A stretch of 64,000 nt of DNA, taken from assembly GCA_977020255.1 (NCBI GenBank), contig CDROCS010000410.1, positions 496,001 to 560,000 on the forward strand, given 5' to 3'. The DNA is from Obrimoposthia wandeli. Taxonomy: Eukaryota. Under the pieces are notes generated by a model, which was given only the letters and a program-made list of their open reading frames with translations, searched no databases and was not told the DNA's origin. Below are positions 9,759 through 20,736 of the stretch, piece by piece. Position 1 is the stretch's first letter. Each line of letters starts with the position of its first letter. Both the position numbers and the translations under genes were made by a program.

Positions 9759-11645
9759 TTAAATCGCTTGTCGACTCAAGTGCTGTGAAGTAAACATAGT
9801 CGCAGGTACAGGTTTACCATACAGATAACCCTGACCATAATCACAACCTTCATCAACAATGAACTGATGTTGCGCTGGCGTTTCCACACCTTCAGCCACT
9901 ACTTGCAGATTAAGTTTCTTCGCCATCGCAATAATCGCGCGCGCTAATTCTTTATCTTGATCACATTCCATTGAATTCATAATGAAACTGCGATCGATCT
10001 TCAAGGTATCAAACGAATACTTCTGCAAATAACTTAAAGACGAATAACCCGTACCAAAATCATCTAACGAGATGCTGACACCGAGTTGTTTTAATCCAGC
10101 AAGGGATTTAGTCACCTTCTTCTCGTCTTGCAGTAACACACCTTCGGTGATCTCAAGCTCTAACGCACTACCCGGTAACTTATAATGCGCTAACAGTTGC
10201 GCAACGCGAGATACTAAGTTGTCGTCACGTAGCTGTACTGGCGAAATATTTACGGCAATACAGAAATCATCACCAAAGCTATTACGCCATTGTGCAGCCT
10301 GTTTCAATGCAGTACGCAGCACAAAACAACCTAATGCTAAGATTTGGCCATTCTGCTCGGCTAAATTAATAAAGCGATCAGGCGCGACAGCCCCTAATAT
10401 TGGATTACGCCAACGAATCAATGCCTCGGCACCTAATACCCGCTGCGTCTTCACACATATCATCGGCTGGTAATGCACTGACATTTCTTGCTTATCAAGC
10501 GCTTCCGCTAAATGCGATTCTAAATAATGACGTTCACCAATAACGGCGCTCAATTCATCTGTGAAGAAGTTATAATTACAGCCAGTGTCTTTATTCGCCG
10601 TCATCGCCGCTTCAGCTTTTTCAACCAAGGAGATCCCTTCGTCTGCTGGAGAGTCTGCCAAGGCAATACCAAAACACAACTGAGTCGTGATAGTAAAATT
10701 TTCTATCGTCAAAGCTGATTCAAAGGCATGGGTTAAACGGGCAATTAAATCGATGACTTGCTCGACAACATTTTCGTCACGAACCACGATGGCAAATGCA
10801 TCACCCCAGCAACGTGCGACTAAATACTCAGTCGTTAATTGCTGATGAATACGTTGACTGACTTCCAGTAATACTTTGTCCCCTATCGCATACCCATAAC
10901 TGTTGTTAATAGATTTGAAATTACGGATACCAAGGTAAATCACCGCGAGTTCATTATCATCATCCACACTTTCCAGCATGTCATCCATCTGATTAACTAA
11001 TGAAAGCTGATTAGCGATACCGGTAAGGGCATCGTATTCTTGCTGATAAACGAGGGTTGATTCTAATGCTGAGCGGCTATCTTGTTCATGCAATAACGCT
11101 TGATTAGATAAAGTCAGTGCCATTGATTTTTTAGACAGTAGCGTCTGTAATTTACGATTGGCGTGCAGTAATTCCGCTTTTTCATAAAGAATAGTAAGAT
11201 CAGCAATCATCGACTGCTGAAAACGCGCTATCAGTAATTTGCAATGCGGGGTAAATTCACGAGCTTGAGCATCTAAAACACAGAGCGTGCCAAAGGCTTG
11301 ATCATTTGGCCAAGTAAGGGGTAAACCGTAATACGCCATGATGTCAGCGTTAACATTTTCACCTGCAGACCAGGTTAAATCGAGCGCTGCGTCTTCAATA
11401 ACGAGCTCGGCGCGGTTATAAATAACCTGTGCACAATAACAACTCAATTGCTTTGATTCTGACAACAACGGAGATACCACGTTGGCACCGTCGTTCGACG
11501 AAAATATTCGCACATCACTATGGTGAACGCGCATAATTAATGCTGCTGGTAAATTCATAATGCCAGCGATCAACTCTACAGTTTGTTGCCAACCACGGAA
11601 CATAGACTCCGGGATCTCAATAACCTGAGTATTAATATTTAGCAT
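9759..11645 (-). CDS. GAF + degenerate GGDEF + EAL c-di-GMP phosphodiesterase
   Basis: N-terminal GAF (YYGLPLTWPNDQAFGTLCVLD); GGDEF degenerate (CWGDAF); EAL intact (GAEALIRW, DDFGTGYSSL, VAEGVET). Confidence 0.88.
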   Translation of the reverse strand: MLNINTQVIEIPESMFRGWQQTVELIAGIMNLPAALIMRVHHSDVRIFSSNDGANVVSPLLSESKQLSCYCAQVIYNRAELVIEDAALDLTWSAGENVNADIMAYYGLPLTWPNDQAFGTLCVLDAQAREFTPHCKLLIARFQQSMIADLTILYEKAELLHANRKLQTLLSKKSMALTLSNQALLHEQDSRSALESTLVYQQEYDALTGIANQLSLVNQMDDMLESVDDDNELAVIYLGIRNFKSINNSYGYAIGDKVLLEVSQRIHQQLTTEYLVARCWGDAFAIVVRDENVVEQVIDLIARLTHAFESALTIENFTITTQLCFGIALADSPADEGISLVEKAEAAMTANKDTGCNYNFFTDELSAVIGERHYLESHLAEALDKQEMSVHYQPMICVKTQRVLGAEALIRWRNPILGAVAPDRFINLAEQNGQILALGCFVLRTALKQAAQWRNSFGDDFCIAVNISPVQLRDDNLVSRVAQLLAHYKLPGSALELEITEGVLLQDEKKVTKSLAGLKQLGVSISLDDFGTGYSSLSYLQKYSFDTLKIDRSFIMNSMECDQDKELARAIIAMAKKLNLQVVAEGVETPAQHQFIVDEGCDYGQGYLYGKPVPATMFTSQHLSRQAI

Positions 11646-11848
11646 ACTACGTCTCTGTTAATTACACCGCACTACATGACATTGTATTAAATAACGTTGC
11701 ACTAAATAAATTGACTAAATTAAATAGTAACGTGATGTCGATGTCGCTATTCATCTGATGAATAAGGAAGATTATGTATACTACAAGAAAACAAAGCCAA
11801 CACCAAGTTAGATTTATAACAAGCAATAATAATTACCATTTAACTCAA

Positions 11849-13357
11849 CTATTTGGACAAACTTGCGAACCATATTTGAACGGATACCCTATTTAACTTG
11901 ATACCGCTCACACTTATATTATTTGGCAAAGTATAATAATTAAGCGGCCACATAAATTTAGCTAACTTATATTGTAAGTAGTTATTCATTTCACACACAG
12001 ATATATGCGCCATTGCATCAATAACAGCAATAGGACGATGACCAAACTCGGCATCTTCATGGGGAAATACCAACGCCTGATTAATTAACGGATGCGAAAG
12101 TAAAATACGTTCAATATGTTCGGGGTGAATATTTTCACCACCAGAAATAAACATGTTGTCACTGCGTCCAAGAATGAATAATTCACTCGACGGCTTATCA
12201 ACTAATGCCCCTTCACATTTGCTCTCACCAAGGTCGCCAGTGACTAACCAGCCATTATCATCAGTCATGCTGCGTAATGTGCCACGGTAGTAATAACCGA
12301 CACCTAAACTCGCGCCACGTACCTTGATGCTTTGACCGTCAATTTCTAATGAACGATGAGCTAATAACTGGCCGACACCAGCACTGCTATCTGCTCGTTT
12401 AGCGGTAACAGTAGAAGCCATTTCTGTCATGCCGTATCCAGACCAACATTCAATACCCAGTGACTTGGCTTTATCGGTTAAAACGATAGGGATAACCGCA
12501 CCGCCTAACAAGATCCGTTTCAGGCTAATAGCGTTTTTAGCCTGCTCTTTATCAATAGCTGTATCGAGTTCGTGAAGATAACGCTTTAGTTGCGTGGGCA
12601 CTAAAGACGCATGTGTCACAGTTGATAGTTGCTCGACTATATTAGTCGTAGCAGGTAAGACCAATTGGCCACCAGCAAATAACCAACGCCAGACAATCGC
12701 CAATCCTGAAACATGAAATAATGGTAAAGATAATAACCAGCTATCTTGGGCAGTATAAACAAAGGATTGCAGTAACCCTGCCGCTGAATACAAATGGTTC
12801 TCGGCATTATGCGCCACAGCCTTGGCTTTACCGCTTGAGCCTGACGTAAAGACGATACTTGCGAGTCGTTGCGCTTGCCATTTAACATCTGACAGAGGGC
12901 TAGTCCCAACCATTAAAGGCTTTTCAGTGTAAGTAAAGACTAACTGCTTAGCGTCTTCACCCTTTAAATTCACTAATACCTTGAGCTCTGATTCAGCTAA
13001 CCAAATGAATGTCGCGGCCAAAGTTTCTAACTTATCATGTAACTGCTCAGCACTTTGCTTAGGATCGAGTATCACGCAGCAAGCGCCGAGTCGTAAGCAA
13101 GCCAAGTACAGCCACAGTACGGTTAAGTTGTTAGTGCTCACTGCTGCGATTACATTGCCTTCCCGTACACCTTGATCAGTTAACTGCTTAGCATGCTCGT
13201 TAACTAACTCATTAACCTGCTGCCAGGTAAATTGTTGCTCACCATATACCAGAGCGACTTGGTCTGGATCACTGTTAGCCCAATGTAGCCAAGGCCAAGT
13301 AGTAAAGTTAACGTCATGGTTAGTGGCAATTTTGTTATTAATGGTAGCGTTATTCAT
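11849..13357 (-). CDS. menE: o-succinylbenzoate-CoA ligase
   Basis: AMP-binding motif FTSGSSGKAK, YGMTE; last gene of the men cluster. Confidence 0.93.
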   Translation of the reverse strand: MNNATINNKIATNHDVNFTTWPWLHWANSDPDQVALVYGEQQFTWQQVNELVNEHAKQLTDQGVREGNVIAAVSTNNLTVLWLYLACLRLGACCVILDPKQSAEQLHDKLETLAATFIWLAESELKVLVNLKGEDAKQLVFTYTEKPLMVGTSPLSDVKWQAQRLASIVFTSGSSGKAKAVAHNAENHLYSAAGLLQSFVYTAQDSWLLSLPLFHVSGLAIVWRWLFAGGQLVLPATTNIVEQLSTVTHASLVPTQLKRYLHELDTAIDKEQAKNAISLKRILLGGAVIPIVLTDKAKSLGIECWSGYGMTEMASTVTAKRADSSAGVGQLLAHRSLEIDGQSIKVRGASLGVGYYYRGTLRSMTDDNGWLVTGDLGESKCEGALVDKPSSELFILGRSDNMFISGGENIHPEHIERILLSHPLINQALVFPHEDAEFGHRPIAVIDAMAHISVCEMNNYLQYKLAKFMWPLNYYTLPNNISVSGIKLNRVSVQIWFASLSK

Positions 13358-14414
13358 AGACGGTCACAGGTAGCTCTGATAGTGGGAGTAAAGGTAAGCT
13401 GCAATTTGGCCAAGGCTGAACCAGTTGTTGTGTAAAGACATTGACGGTATCTAAGCCGGGGGAAGTTTCTGGAGTAAGTGTTTGTGCCATTCGCGCTAAT
13501 TGCACTAGACCAAAGCTCGATTCCAAGCTTGAGCTGATCACAGCGGTTAATCCCTGTTGATGGGCGTGGGCAATTAACTCGGCGCAATAACCAACGGTGC
13601 CCGTTAGCATAGGTTTTATAACAACAGCTCTAACGACCGCTTTCATCCTTTCATTAGATGAAGGGCTTGCCGAGGAAATAAGGTCGATACCGGCATCACG
13701 CAGGCTTTCATCCCACGCAATCGCAATGCCCGTTTGTTCGGAGAAACGTAAACAATCCTGTGGGGTATGACAAGGCTCTTCAATAAAATCGATGCGGTGG
13801 CGATAATCTGCGGGGATTTTAGCTGCAAAAGCCAATGCTGTGGCTAATGACCAGCGGCGGTTTGCATCTAACCGTAAGCGTAATTGTGGGTATGTCTGTA
13901 GTAAGTACTGCGCGACTTTACTGTCGTTAAGCGCACTTGCGTAAATAGCCCCTTCGCCTGTCGCTACTGTGGCAATTTTTAACTTACATAAGCTACTTTT
14001 CAGTAACTGCTTATGTCTAGTGGTGATTATTCCAATATCAGCAGCCAATAATAACGCACTGCTAGCGTTACTATCATTACCACTGCGATGAATAATTTGC
14101 GGTGATCCATCTTCTAACTCCAACAACGCCATACTAAAACCAAATGCTACCGAGGGATAACAGTCGTTTAGTTCCACGATGCCTTCATCTAACCAGATTT
14201 TAATCACACTTTCTAGTTGTTGTTTTGCTTGTGCTGCTGTTTCTGTACTAAATCCAGGTAAAGGGGCAATTTCTCCGCGCCCTTGCTGCATTATTTCAGA
14301 TCCGCGACTCAGTTCAAGCAACCAACCTTCACGCACGGTAACAGACTGGCCACGTAATATCATGGCGCAGTCTAAAGGTAGCTGATAGTGATATAGCTTA
14401 GCCTTACGTGGCAT
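13350..14414 (-). CDS. menC: o-succinylbenzoate synthase
   Basis: Enolase-superfamily motifs KLKI, RLDANRRW, FIEEP, AWDESL, SSSLESS; men context. Confidence 0.92.
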   Translation of the reverse strand: MPRKAKLYHYQLPLDCAMILRGQSVTVREGWLLELSRGSEIMQQGRGEIAPLPGFSTETAAQAKQQLESVIKIWLDEGIVELNDCYPSVAFGFSMALLELEDGSPQIIHRSGNDSNASSALLLAADIGIITTRHKQLLKSSLCKLKIATVATGEGAIYASALNDSKVAQYLLQTYPQLRLRLDANRRWSLATALAFAAKIPADYRHRIDFIEEPCHTPQDCLRFSEQTGIAIAWDESLRDAGIDLISSASPSSNERMKAVVRAVVIKPMLTGTVGYCAELIAHAHQQGLTAVISSSLESSFGLVQLARMAQTLTPETSPGLDTVNVFTQQLVQPWPNCSLPLLPLSELPVTVYE

Positions 14415-14487
14415 TCATAATGCTCCGGTTACTGTAAATACTATTCATAAAAAGTACTTATTAAAAGCACAGATTAAGCGTACTTAT

Positions 14488-15354
14488 TTAAGGGTTACGT
14501 GGGAATTTGTCAAAATTAGGACGACGTTTTTCATTAAAGGCATTACGACCTTCTTGTCCTTCTTCTGTCATGTAAAACATCATCGTCGCGTTACCCGCTA
14601 ATTCTTGTAAGCCGGCTTGACCATCACAATCCGCATTTAATGCCGCTTTTAAACAACGTAACGACATAGGGCTGTGTTGTAATACTTCACGACACCAACG
14701 CACTGTTTCACGTTCTAAATCAGCCAGTGGCACAACCGTATTCACTAAGCCCATATCAACCGCTTCTTGTGCATCGTAAAAACGACACAAGAACCAAATT
14801 TCACGTGCTTTCTTCTGGCCAACAATGCGCGCCATGTATGAAGCACCCCAACCACCGTCAAACGAACCCACTTTAGGACCTGTTTGACCAAACTGGGCGT
14901 TGTCTGCTGCAATCGTTAAATCGCACATCATGTGTAATACATGACCGCCACCGACAGCATAGCCAGCAACTGCCGCTATCACAGGTTTTGGACAAGTACG
15001 GATCTGACGTTGGAAATCTAATACGTTTAAGTGATGCATACCTTCGTCGTCTTTATAACCGCCGTAGTCACCACGAATACTCTGATCGCCGCCAGAACAG
15101 AATGCATGTTCGCCAAGGCCAGTTAACACAATCACGCCGATTTTTGAGTCGTAACGCGCATCTGCTAACGCTTGCATCATTTCGTTTACCGTTTGTGGAC
15201 GGAACGCATTACGCACTTGTGGACGGGCAATGGTGATTTTTGCAATACCATCTAATGATTTATGAAAGTGAATATCTTGGTATTCACCTGTGCAATCTTG
15301 CCATTCAACGTGTGCGTAAAGTTCTTCTTCGGTAATACCAACTGTTCTGCTCAT
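14488..15354 (-). CDS. menB: 1,4-dihydroxy-2-naphthoyl-CoA synthase
   Basis: [27 protein letters not shown]; highly conserved MenB. Confidence 0.98.
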   Translation of the reverse strand: MSRTVGITEEELYAHVEWQDCTGEYQDIHFHKSLDGIAKITIARPQVRNAFRPQTVNEMMQALADARYDSKIGVIVLTGLGEHAFCSGGDQSIRGDYGGYKDDEGMHHLNVLDFQRQIRTCPKPVIAAVAGYAVGGGHVLHMMCDLTIAADNAQFGQTGPKVGSFDGGWGASYMARIVGQKKAREIWFLCRFYDAQEAVDMGLVNTVVPLADLERETVRWCREVLQHSPMSLRCLKAALNADCDGQAGLQELAGNATMMFYMTEEGQEGRNAFNEKRRPNFDKFPRNP

Positions 15355-15377
15355 AATAATTCCTGATATTTTTATAT

Positions 15378-15480
15378 AATTAGTTTTTATTAATAGTTTT
15401 TATTAATAGTTATTTGGATTACTTGTTAATAGTTATTTGGATTACTTGTTAATAGTTATTTGGATTACTTATTAATAGTT
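15378..15480. repeat. Intergenic VNTR: three 23-bp units preceded by 13-bp related units
   Basis: TTAATAGTTATTTGGATTACTT(G/A) at 15403, 15426 and 15449, then a partial unit to 15480; TTAATAGTTTTTA-type units just upstream. Confidence 0.9.
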
Positions 15481-16390
15481 AAGCCGCGCTCAACTGTGCG
15501 CGTTTGCTCATCAATTTATGACTGTCCAAGCTGTCACAAACTAATCCCCTAACCAACTCGGCAAATATAATCGGCTGGTCGGCATGGACGTTATGCCCTG
15601 CATCAGCAACGACATGATGGTCCAACTGGCTCGCTTGCGTTAACAACACAAATTTAGGGTCTAACTCACCGCATACCATAGACACAGGGAATTCCGCGTT
15701 TTGTAATTGCGGCAATAAATAACCTTGTTTCGATAATGATGTAGCAGCCAGCATTTTGCTTATCTGCTTGCCGCCATTAAAGCCGTTATAGTCAGCTTGA
15801 ATGTCACTGCGCGTGGCAATTAGCGCGGATCTTTGTTTACTCGTTAATGAAGCAAATACACCTTGCTGATACCAATCGGGTAATACCTGCGTTAATGGTG
15901 ATTCGCTAAAACGTGTCGCCCACGCTAAATCATGCAAGCCACGCTGTAATTGTTCGGCGCTACTGTTTAACCCCGGGTTACCGCTTTCTAATAACATGCC
16001 TGTAATTTTGTACGGCCAATTAACCGCAGGATCACTCGCAATGCTCATAGCAATACGCGCCCCTAACGAATAACCAACCAAGATAACGTGCTCAATTTCA
16101 TACTGTGCTAAAGTCGCAATAATAAGCTGCTGCACATGTTGAAAGTCATTGATTGTCACGGCTTGACTGCCAGCATGGCCCGGTAAATCAATGCAGATAC
16201 ATTGGTAGTCCGATGATAAATGCGCCACGATTTGCTGCCAGTCTTGCGTAGACCCCAGCAAGCCATGTAAAAAGACTAAAGCGGGTTTGATCGCATCACC
16301 CTCTGCAAGGTTGCAGGCTGATTCAATCGATTCTGAATACAGCGGTAATTGCGTTTGTGTTTTGAACATCATGCTAGATAAATTTCGCAT
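15479..16390 (-). CDS. menH: SHCHC synthase (alpha/beta hydrolase)
   Basis: FLHGLLG, GYSLGAR nucleophile elbow, GHNVH; between menD and menB. True start may be a few codons downstream. Confidence 0.93.
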   Translation of the reverse strand: MRNLSSMMFKTQTQLPLYSESIESACNLAEGDAIKPALVFLHGLLGSTQDWQQIVAHLSSDYQCICIDLPGHAGSQAVTINDFQHVQQLIIATLAQYEIEHVILVGYSLGARIAMSIASDPAVNWPYKITGMLLESGNPGLNSSAEQLQRGLHDLAWATRFSESPLTQVLPDWYQQGVFASLTSKQRSALIATRSDIQADYNGFNGGKQISKMLAATSLSKQGYLLPQLQNAEFPVSMVCGELDPKFVLLTQASQLDHHVVADAGHNVHADQPIIFAELVRGLVCDSLDSHKLMSKRAQLSAA

Positions 16391-18248
16391 CTTTCACCTC
16401 GCTGAAAAATTGCTTCAGTTGCTTGGCTGCCGCCCCTGCAGGTGTCACGATCTCGACCAGTAAAGTGCGGATATCTCCGGTCACTTCAGCCATCGGATGT
16501 AAACGGTGATGAATAACAGCCAGTGCGTCTGCTAAGCTCTGAGGTTGGGCGTAATCTAAATCAAACATCGCAGCAGCATGATTAAAGTTAAAGCCGTGCG
16601 GCATTCGATATAACTGTTCTTTATGTTGTTCTGAAACAGTCAACATATCAAAGATCGCCCCGCCGTCATTATTCAGCACCACAATAACGCTTGGGTGCGT
16701 TGGCTTAGAGAATAACGCCAGTGAATTCAAATCATAGAGTAACGAAGTATCCCCGAGCAGACACAACATGCCTTGTTGCTGACCTTGCTGCACACCCGCT
16801 GCGGTTGCTAACAAACCATCGATACCCGATGCGCCACGGTTACTAAATACCGGTACATTAGGTAATGCAGCGAACATATCGAGTAGTCTGACGATAAGGC
16901 TATTACCAATAAATAAACTGGTCGATTTATTTGGTAGAGTTGTAGAGAAGCAGGTGTCTAACGTAGCAGCGAAACTAATCTCGGTTAACGCATTAATATG
17001 CTGCACTTCAATTAACTGTCGCACAGTCACACTCGCAACGGTGAGCACTCTCGCCCACTCATAACCATCAACATCACAGTGCTTCACACCAACGTCAGCA
17101 ATACTGCTGTTGGCTGGTGCCATGTTTAACTGAGCATTCAACTGGCCACGTTCAAACTGTGTCAGCCAAAGCGCTATTGAACTCACAAATTGTTTACAGC
17201 GCTGATGATAAGGGTCTAATTGCCCTGCTTGTGGTGCGATCAGCCAATAATCTTGCCAGTCGTGTTGATCTATAAATTGACCCAAGCGTTTTGATACCAA
17301 CCGAGCGCCAAATTGCACTAAGAGCTCAGCTTCAGCTAACTTATCCTGACAAGCTTGATTCTGTAACCACACATCATAATGCGACCAAGCACTACTACCA
17401 CCCGATTGTGGATCGACCAATACTGGCCATCCCATTACGCCAGCCCATTGTTTAATCGCTAGCATATCAGCAGTGTTCATCGCGCCAATAACCACCAAGC
17501 CCTTGCGATTAATTACTGGTGCTTCCGAATACAGTACCGCGACATTTTTTGACTGATGATCTGCATTATCGGCAACAGACGGGCTTGCCGCTAAATAATT
17601 AATACCGGCAGAATATATAGATAAGTAGCTTTGTTGTTGCGCTTGCCAATCATTGATTCCAGCAAGATAATCACTAAAATCAGCCTCACCACCATAAAGA
17701 GGTTCTGGATAAGGACAGTTGATATGTACCGTGCCACCCACTTGTTGTTGTACTGCCAAGCTTTGATCTATGTTACTGAGCAACCATTGTGGGGTAATGC
17801 TCAAACATGGGCTCGGTAACAACAGTTCATTGCAAACGTGGCTAGAGAATAGACCCGCTTGTTGAATGGCTTGATTGGCTCCACAATTAATTTGTTCTAA
17901 CGGACGGTCGGCGGTTAATAGCACCAACTTTTCTTTGGTTAATCCGCTTTCAACTACAGCTGGCAATAAATTCGCCACAGCAGTACCTGATGTGACAATC
18001 ACAGCGACAGGCGCTTGTACTGATTTAGCTAACCCGAGTGCAAAAAATCCCAATCCACGTTCATCAAAGTGACTGTGTAGGGTTAAATCATCATGTTCTG
18101 CTGCCGCTAATACCAAGGGCGTAGATCGCGAACCCGGTGCCATGCACACATGACGTACACCTAAACGGCTCAATTCTTCTAAAATTAAACTCGCCCATAA
18201 ACGGTTTAAAGGCGCTTGTATCTCTGTAAGCGATTGATTGCTCATCAT
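16374..18248 (-). CDS. menD: SEPHCHC synthase
   Basis: PGSRSTPL, FDERGLGF, TSGTAVAN, NRGASGIDG, GDTSLLYD...NNDGG (ThDP motif). Confidence 0.97.
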   Translation of the reverse strand: MMSNQSLTEIQAPLNRLWASLILEELSRLGVRHVCMAPGSRSTPLVLAAAEHDDLTLHSHFDERGLGFFALGLAKSVQAPVAVIVTSGTAVANLLPAVVESGLTKEKLVLLTADRPLEQINCGANQAIQQAGLFSSHVCNELLLPSPCLSITPQWLLSNIDQSLAVQQQVGGTVHINCPYPEPLYGGEADFSDYLAGINDWQAQQQSYLSIYSAGINYLAASPSVADNADHQSKNVAVLYSEAPVINRKGLVVIGAMNTADMLAIKQWAGVMGWPVLVDPQSGGSSAWSHYDVWLQNQACQDKLAEAELLVQFGARLVSKRLGQFIDQHDWQDYWLIAPQAGQLDPYHQRCKQFVSSIALWLTQFERGQLNAQLNMAPANSSIADVGVKHCDVDGYEWARVLTVASVTVRQLIEVQHINALTEISFAATLDTCFSTTLPNKSTSLFIGNSLIVRLLDMFAALPNVPVFSNRGASGIDGLLATAAGVQQGQQQGMLCLLGDTSLLYDLNSLALFSKPTHPSVIVVLNNDGGAIFDMLTVSEQHKEQLYRMPHGFNFNHAAAMFDLDYAQPQSLADALAVIHHRLHPMAEVTGDIRTLLVEIVTPAGAAAKQLKQFFSEVKDAKFI

Positions 18249-19687
18249 GCGCGTTGTTGCTCCGAGGTAAACAGGTCCGAGGTAAACTGCTCCGAAGAAA
18301 ATTGATTCTCAAGTACGTGCTTTTGTCTTTGATGATAATCAGAACTTGAATGATCATCGTGATAGTCGTGCGTATCAGGTTCAAGCAAGGTTAATAAAGT
18401 CGCGGTTTTACGCTCTAATTCTTGCCATTCACTTTGTGGATCTGAGCCAGGTACAATACCGGCACCAGCAAATAACTGTAATTCACGCCCTAATACCCGC
18501 GCACTACGAATAGCAACGCAAAACTCACTTTGTTGCTGGCCGATATAACCCAGCGCACCACTGTACCAACCACGATCAAACGGTTCGTTTTCGGCAATAA
18601 AGTCTAAGGCTGGTTTACGGGGCAATCCAGCTATCGCAGCGGTTGGTTGTAGGCTAGTGAGCAATTCTGCGTCATCAATACCTGCCATTAACTGCCCGTC
18701 TATTTTGTGCTTAAGGTGCTGTACTTTACGTAATTTGATTAACTCAGGGCTCGTTGCAACTTGCAGGGTTTGGCAACGCGGCTGTAAACGCGATAATAAA
18801 TCATCTGTGACTAAACGGTTTTCGTAGCGGTTTTTTGTATCATTCAATAACCAATTAGCTAACGCCCGATCTTCCACGTCATCTAAACTGCGCGCAGCTG
18901 TTCCGGCAAGCGCTTCAGTATGCAAGTGATCAGCATCACGGCTAAACAGACGTTCTGGCGTTGACCCAACAAAATAATCGTCAGCGTGAATAGCAAAAAT
19001 AAAGTGGAAGCACTGTTGATTAACCTGACGGCTTTGTTGTAAAAACTGCGTCGCTGATAGTGGTCGGTTTAAGGTTAATACTGTTTTTCTGGCTAATACC
19101 ACTTTGGCAAAATATTGGTCGTCGATTGCGGTTAACGCTTTGGTGACCAAATGAGACCATTGTTTGAATTCAGGATAATGATGACGAGATTCAATCTTGT
19201 AAGACTGTGGTAATGGTATTGGCGCTGGTGCAATTAAACTCGCTAAACTAGCCAGTAACTGCGTTTTATCATAACCCGCGTCTGCCATTGCCTCTTTGGC
19301 TACTGACATTTCGGGTAAGTTGACTGATAACTGCCAATGATCTTGCTGACGGGTTAATTCGATTTGCGGTAAGAAGTAGTAATTGCGGTTCGTATTGTCC
19401 GTATTACTAGAAAAGGCTTGCCCGCCCCACATGCGCTGTGGCTGGGTAAATAATGTTTTCGCAAGGCTAACATCATGACAATGACAGCATTTTCCTAGCG
19501 CGACGACTTCTTCATCACCGTCTCGGGATTGCCAATAAAATTGCGGGAATAACACTTGAGCACCAAGCCATTCGATAAGCTCGGTTGAATTTAAGGGCTG
19601 TAAATTAACAGAGATCCGAGTTTGCTCAGGTTGAGCATGGATAACCTGTTGTTGTAATGATGTGATCGCGGCCGTTAGATTTAACAA
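18245..19687 (-). CDS. menF: Menaquinone-specific isochorismate synthase
   Basis: KVVLAR, TPERL, TEALAGT, PTAAIAGLP, FDRGWYSG, EFCVAIRS, AGAGIV; TTG start. Confidence 0.95.
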   Translation of the reverse strand: MLNLTAAITSLQQQVIHAQPEQTRISVNLQPLNSTELIEWLGAQVLFPQFYWQSRDGDEEVVALGKCCHCHDVSLAKTLFTQPQRMWGGQAFSSNTDNTNRNYYFLPQIELTRQQDHWQLSVNLPEMSVAKEAMADAGYDKTQLLASLASLIAPAPIPLPQSYKIESRHHYPEFKQWSHLVTKALTAIDDQYFAKVVLARKTVLTLNRPLSATQFLQQSRQVNQQCFHFIFAIHADDYFVGSTPERLFSRDADHLHTEALAGTAARSLDDVEDRALANWLLNDTKNRYENRLVTDDLLSRLQPRCQTLQVATSPELIKLRKVQHLKHKIDGQLMAGIDDAELLTSLQPTAAIAGLPRKPALDFIAENEPFDRGWYSGALGYIGQQQSEFCVAIRSARVLGRELQLFAGAGIVPGSDPQSEWQELERKTATLLTLLEPDTHDYHDDHSSSDYHQRQKHVLENQFSSEQFTSDLFTSEQQRA

Positions 19688-19815
19688 ATTGCCCCCTTAA
19701 TAAACGACTACTTAAGGGGTAATTTTAGCATGAATATAACAAAAACGAACATCGACCTATACTTAATGGGTATGTATTTGCGTTATTCATAGCCTAGATC
19801 AATAAAATGTTCGTT

Positions 19816-20601
19816 TTAGAAGAAAATAAACTTCGAACCAACAGCCAATAATAACAACGCAAAATAACGTTTTAGCACATGGCTCGGTAATGTATGGGCT
19901 AGTTTTGCGCCTTGTTTAGCAAACACAGTACTGGTAATGATAATGCCAAAGAAGGCGGGTAAATAGATATAACCTAAGCTGTATTCTGGTAAATCAGGGT
20001 TATTCCAGCCCGTAACGATATAGCTGCATACACCCGCTACTGCAATCGGTAAACCACATGCAGAAGAGGTCGCCACCGCATTACGCATTTCGACACGACA
20101 CCAAGACAAGTAAGGCACGGTAAGTGAGCCACCACCAATACCAAATAAAGCCGAGATAGCACCAATCACACCACCGGCGACAGTCAAGCCTGCACCTTTA
20201 GGTAAATCATGTTGTGCTTTTGGCTTCAAATCAAAGCCCATTTGCACCGCAACCGTTAGCGCATAAATACCGATGATCATTTGTAACGTTTCACCGGGTA
20301 AGTAATCGGCAAATATACTGCCGACGACAGCACCGATAACAATGCCTACCGTTAACCGTTTAACCAGCGTCCAATCAATAGCACCTTTACTGTGGTGGGT
20401 TTTAATCGAACTGAGCGAGGTGAAGATAATAGTCGCAAGCGAAGTACCTATCGCTAACTGCGTCAGCACATCAGGTGAAAGGTCTTGGAAGGTAAAAGAT
20501 ACAATTAATGCCGGGACGATAATCAAACCACCGCCGACACCAAACAGGCCAGCCATCAAGCCAGCAGCAGCCCCTAAAATTAAATATACAACCACAATCA
20601 T
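19816..20601 (-). CDS. TauE/SafE (TSUP) family membrane transporter
   Basis: Duplicated GLFGVGGG / LFGIGGG motifs, AIGTSLA and AVATS; ATG 20601 follows an AAGGA RBS. Confidence 0.88.
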   Translation of the reverse strand: MIVVVYLILGAAAGLMAGLFGVGGGLIIVPALIVSFTFQDLSPDVLTQLAIGTSLATIIFTSLSSIKTHHSKGAIDWTLVKRLTVGIVIGAVVGSIFADYLPGETLQMIIGIYALTVAVQMGFDLKPKAQHDLPKGAGLTVAGGVIGAISALFGIGGGSLTVPYLSWCRVEMRNAVATSSACGLPIAVAGVCSYIVTGWNNPDLPEYSLGYIYLPAFFGIIITSTVFAKQGAKLAHTLPSHVLKRYFALLLLAVGSKFIFF

Positions 20602-20736
20602 TGTTACAATTCCTTTTACAACATGCACCTATTCTTGATAAGTGCTTATTTAATACATATCATAACTTTATAAACTACAGGGCTTATATCGCCAGCGCTA
20701 AGTGATTATAAGAGTAACAAAATTGTGGTTAAAATA

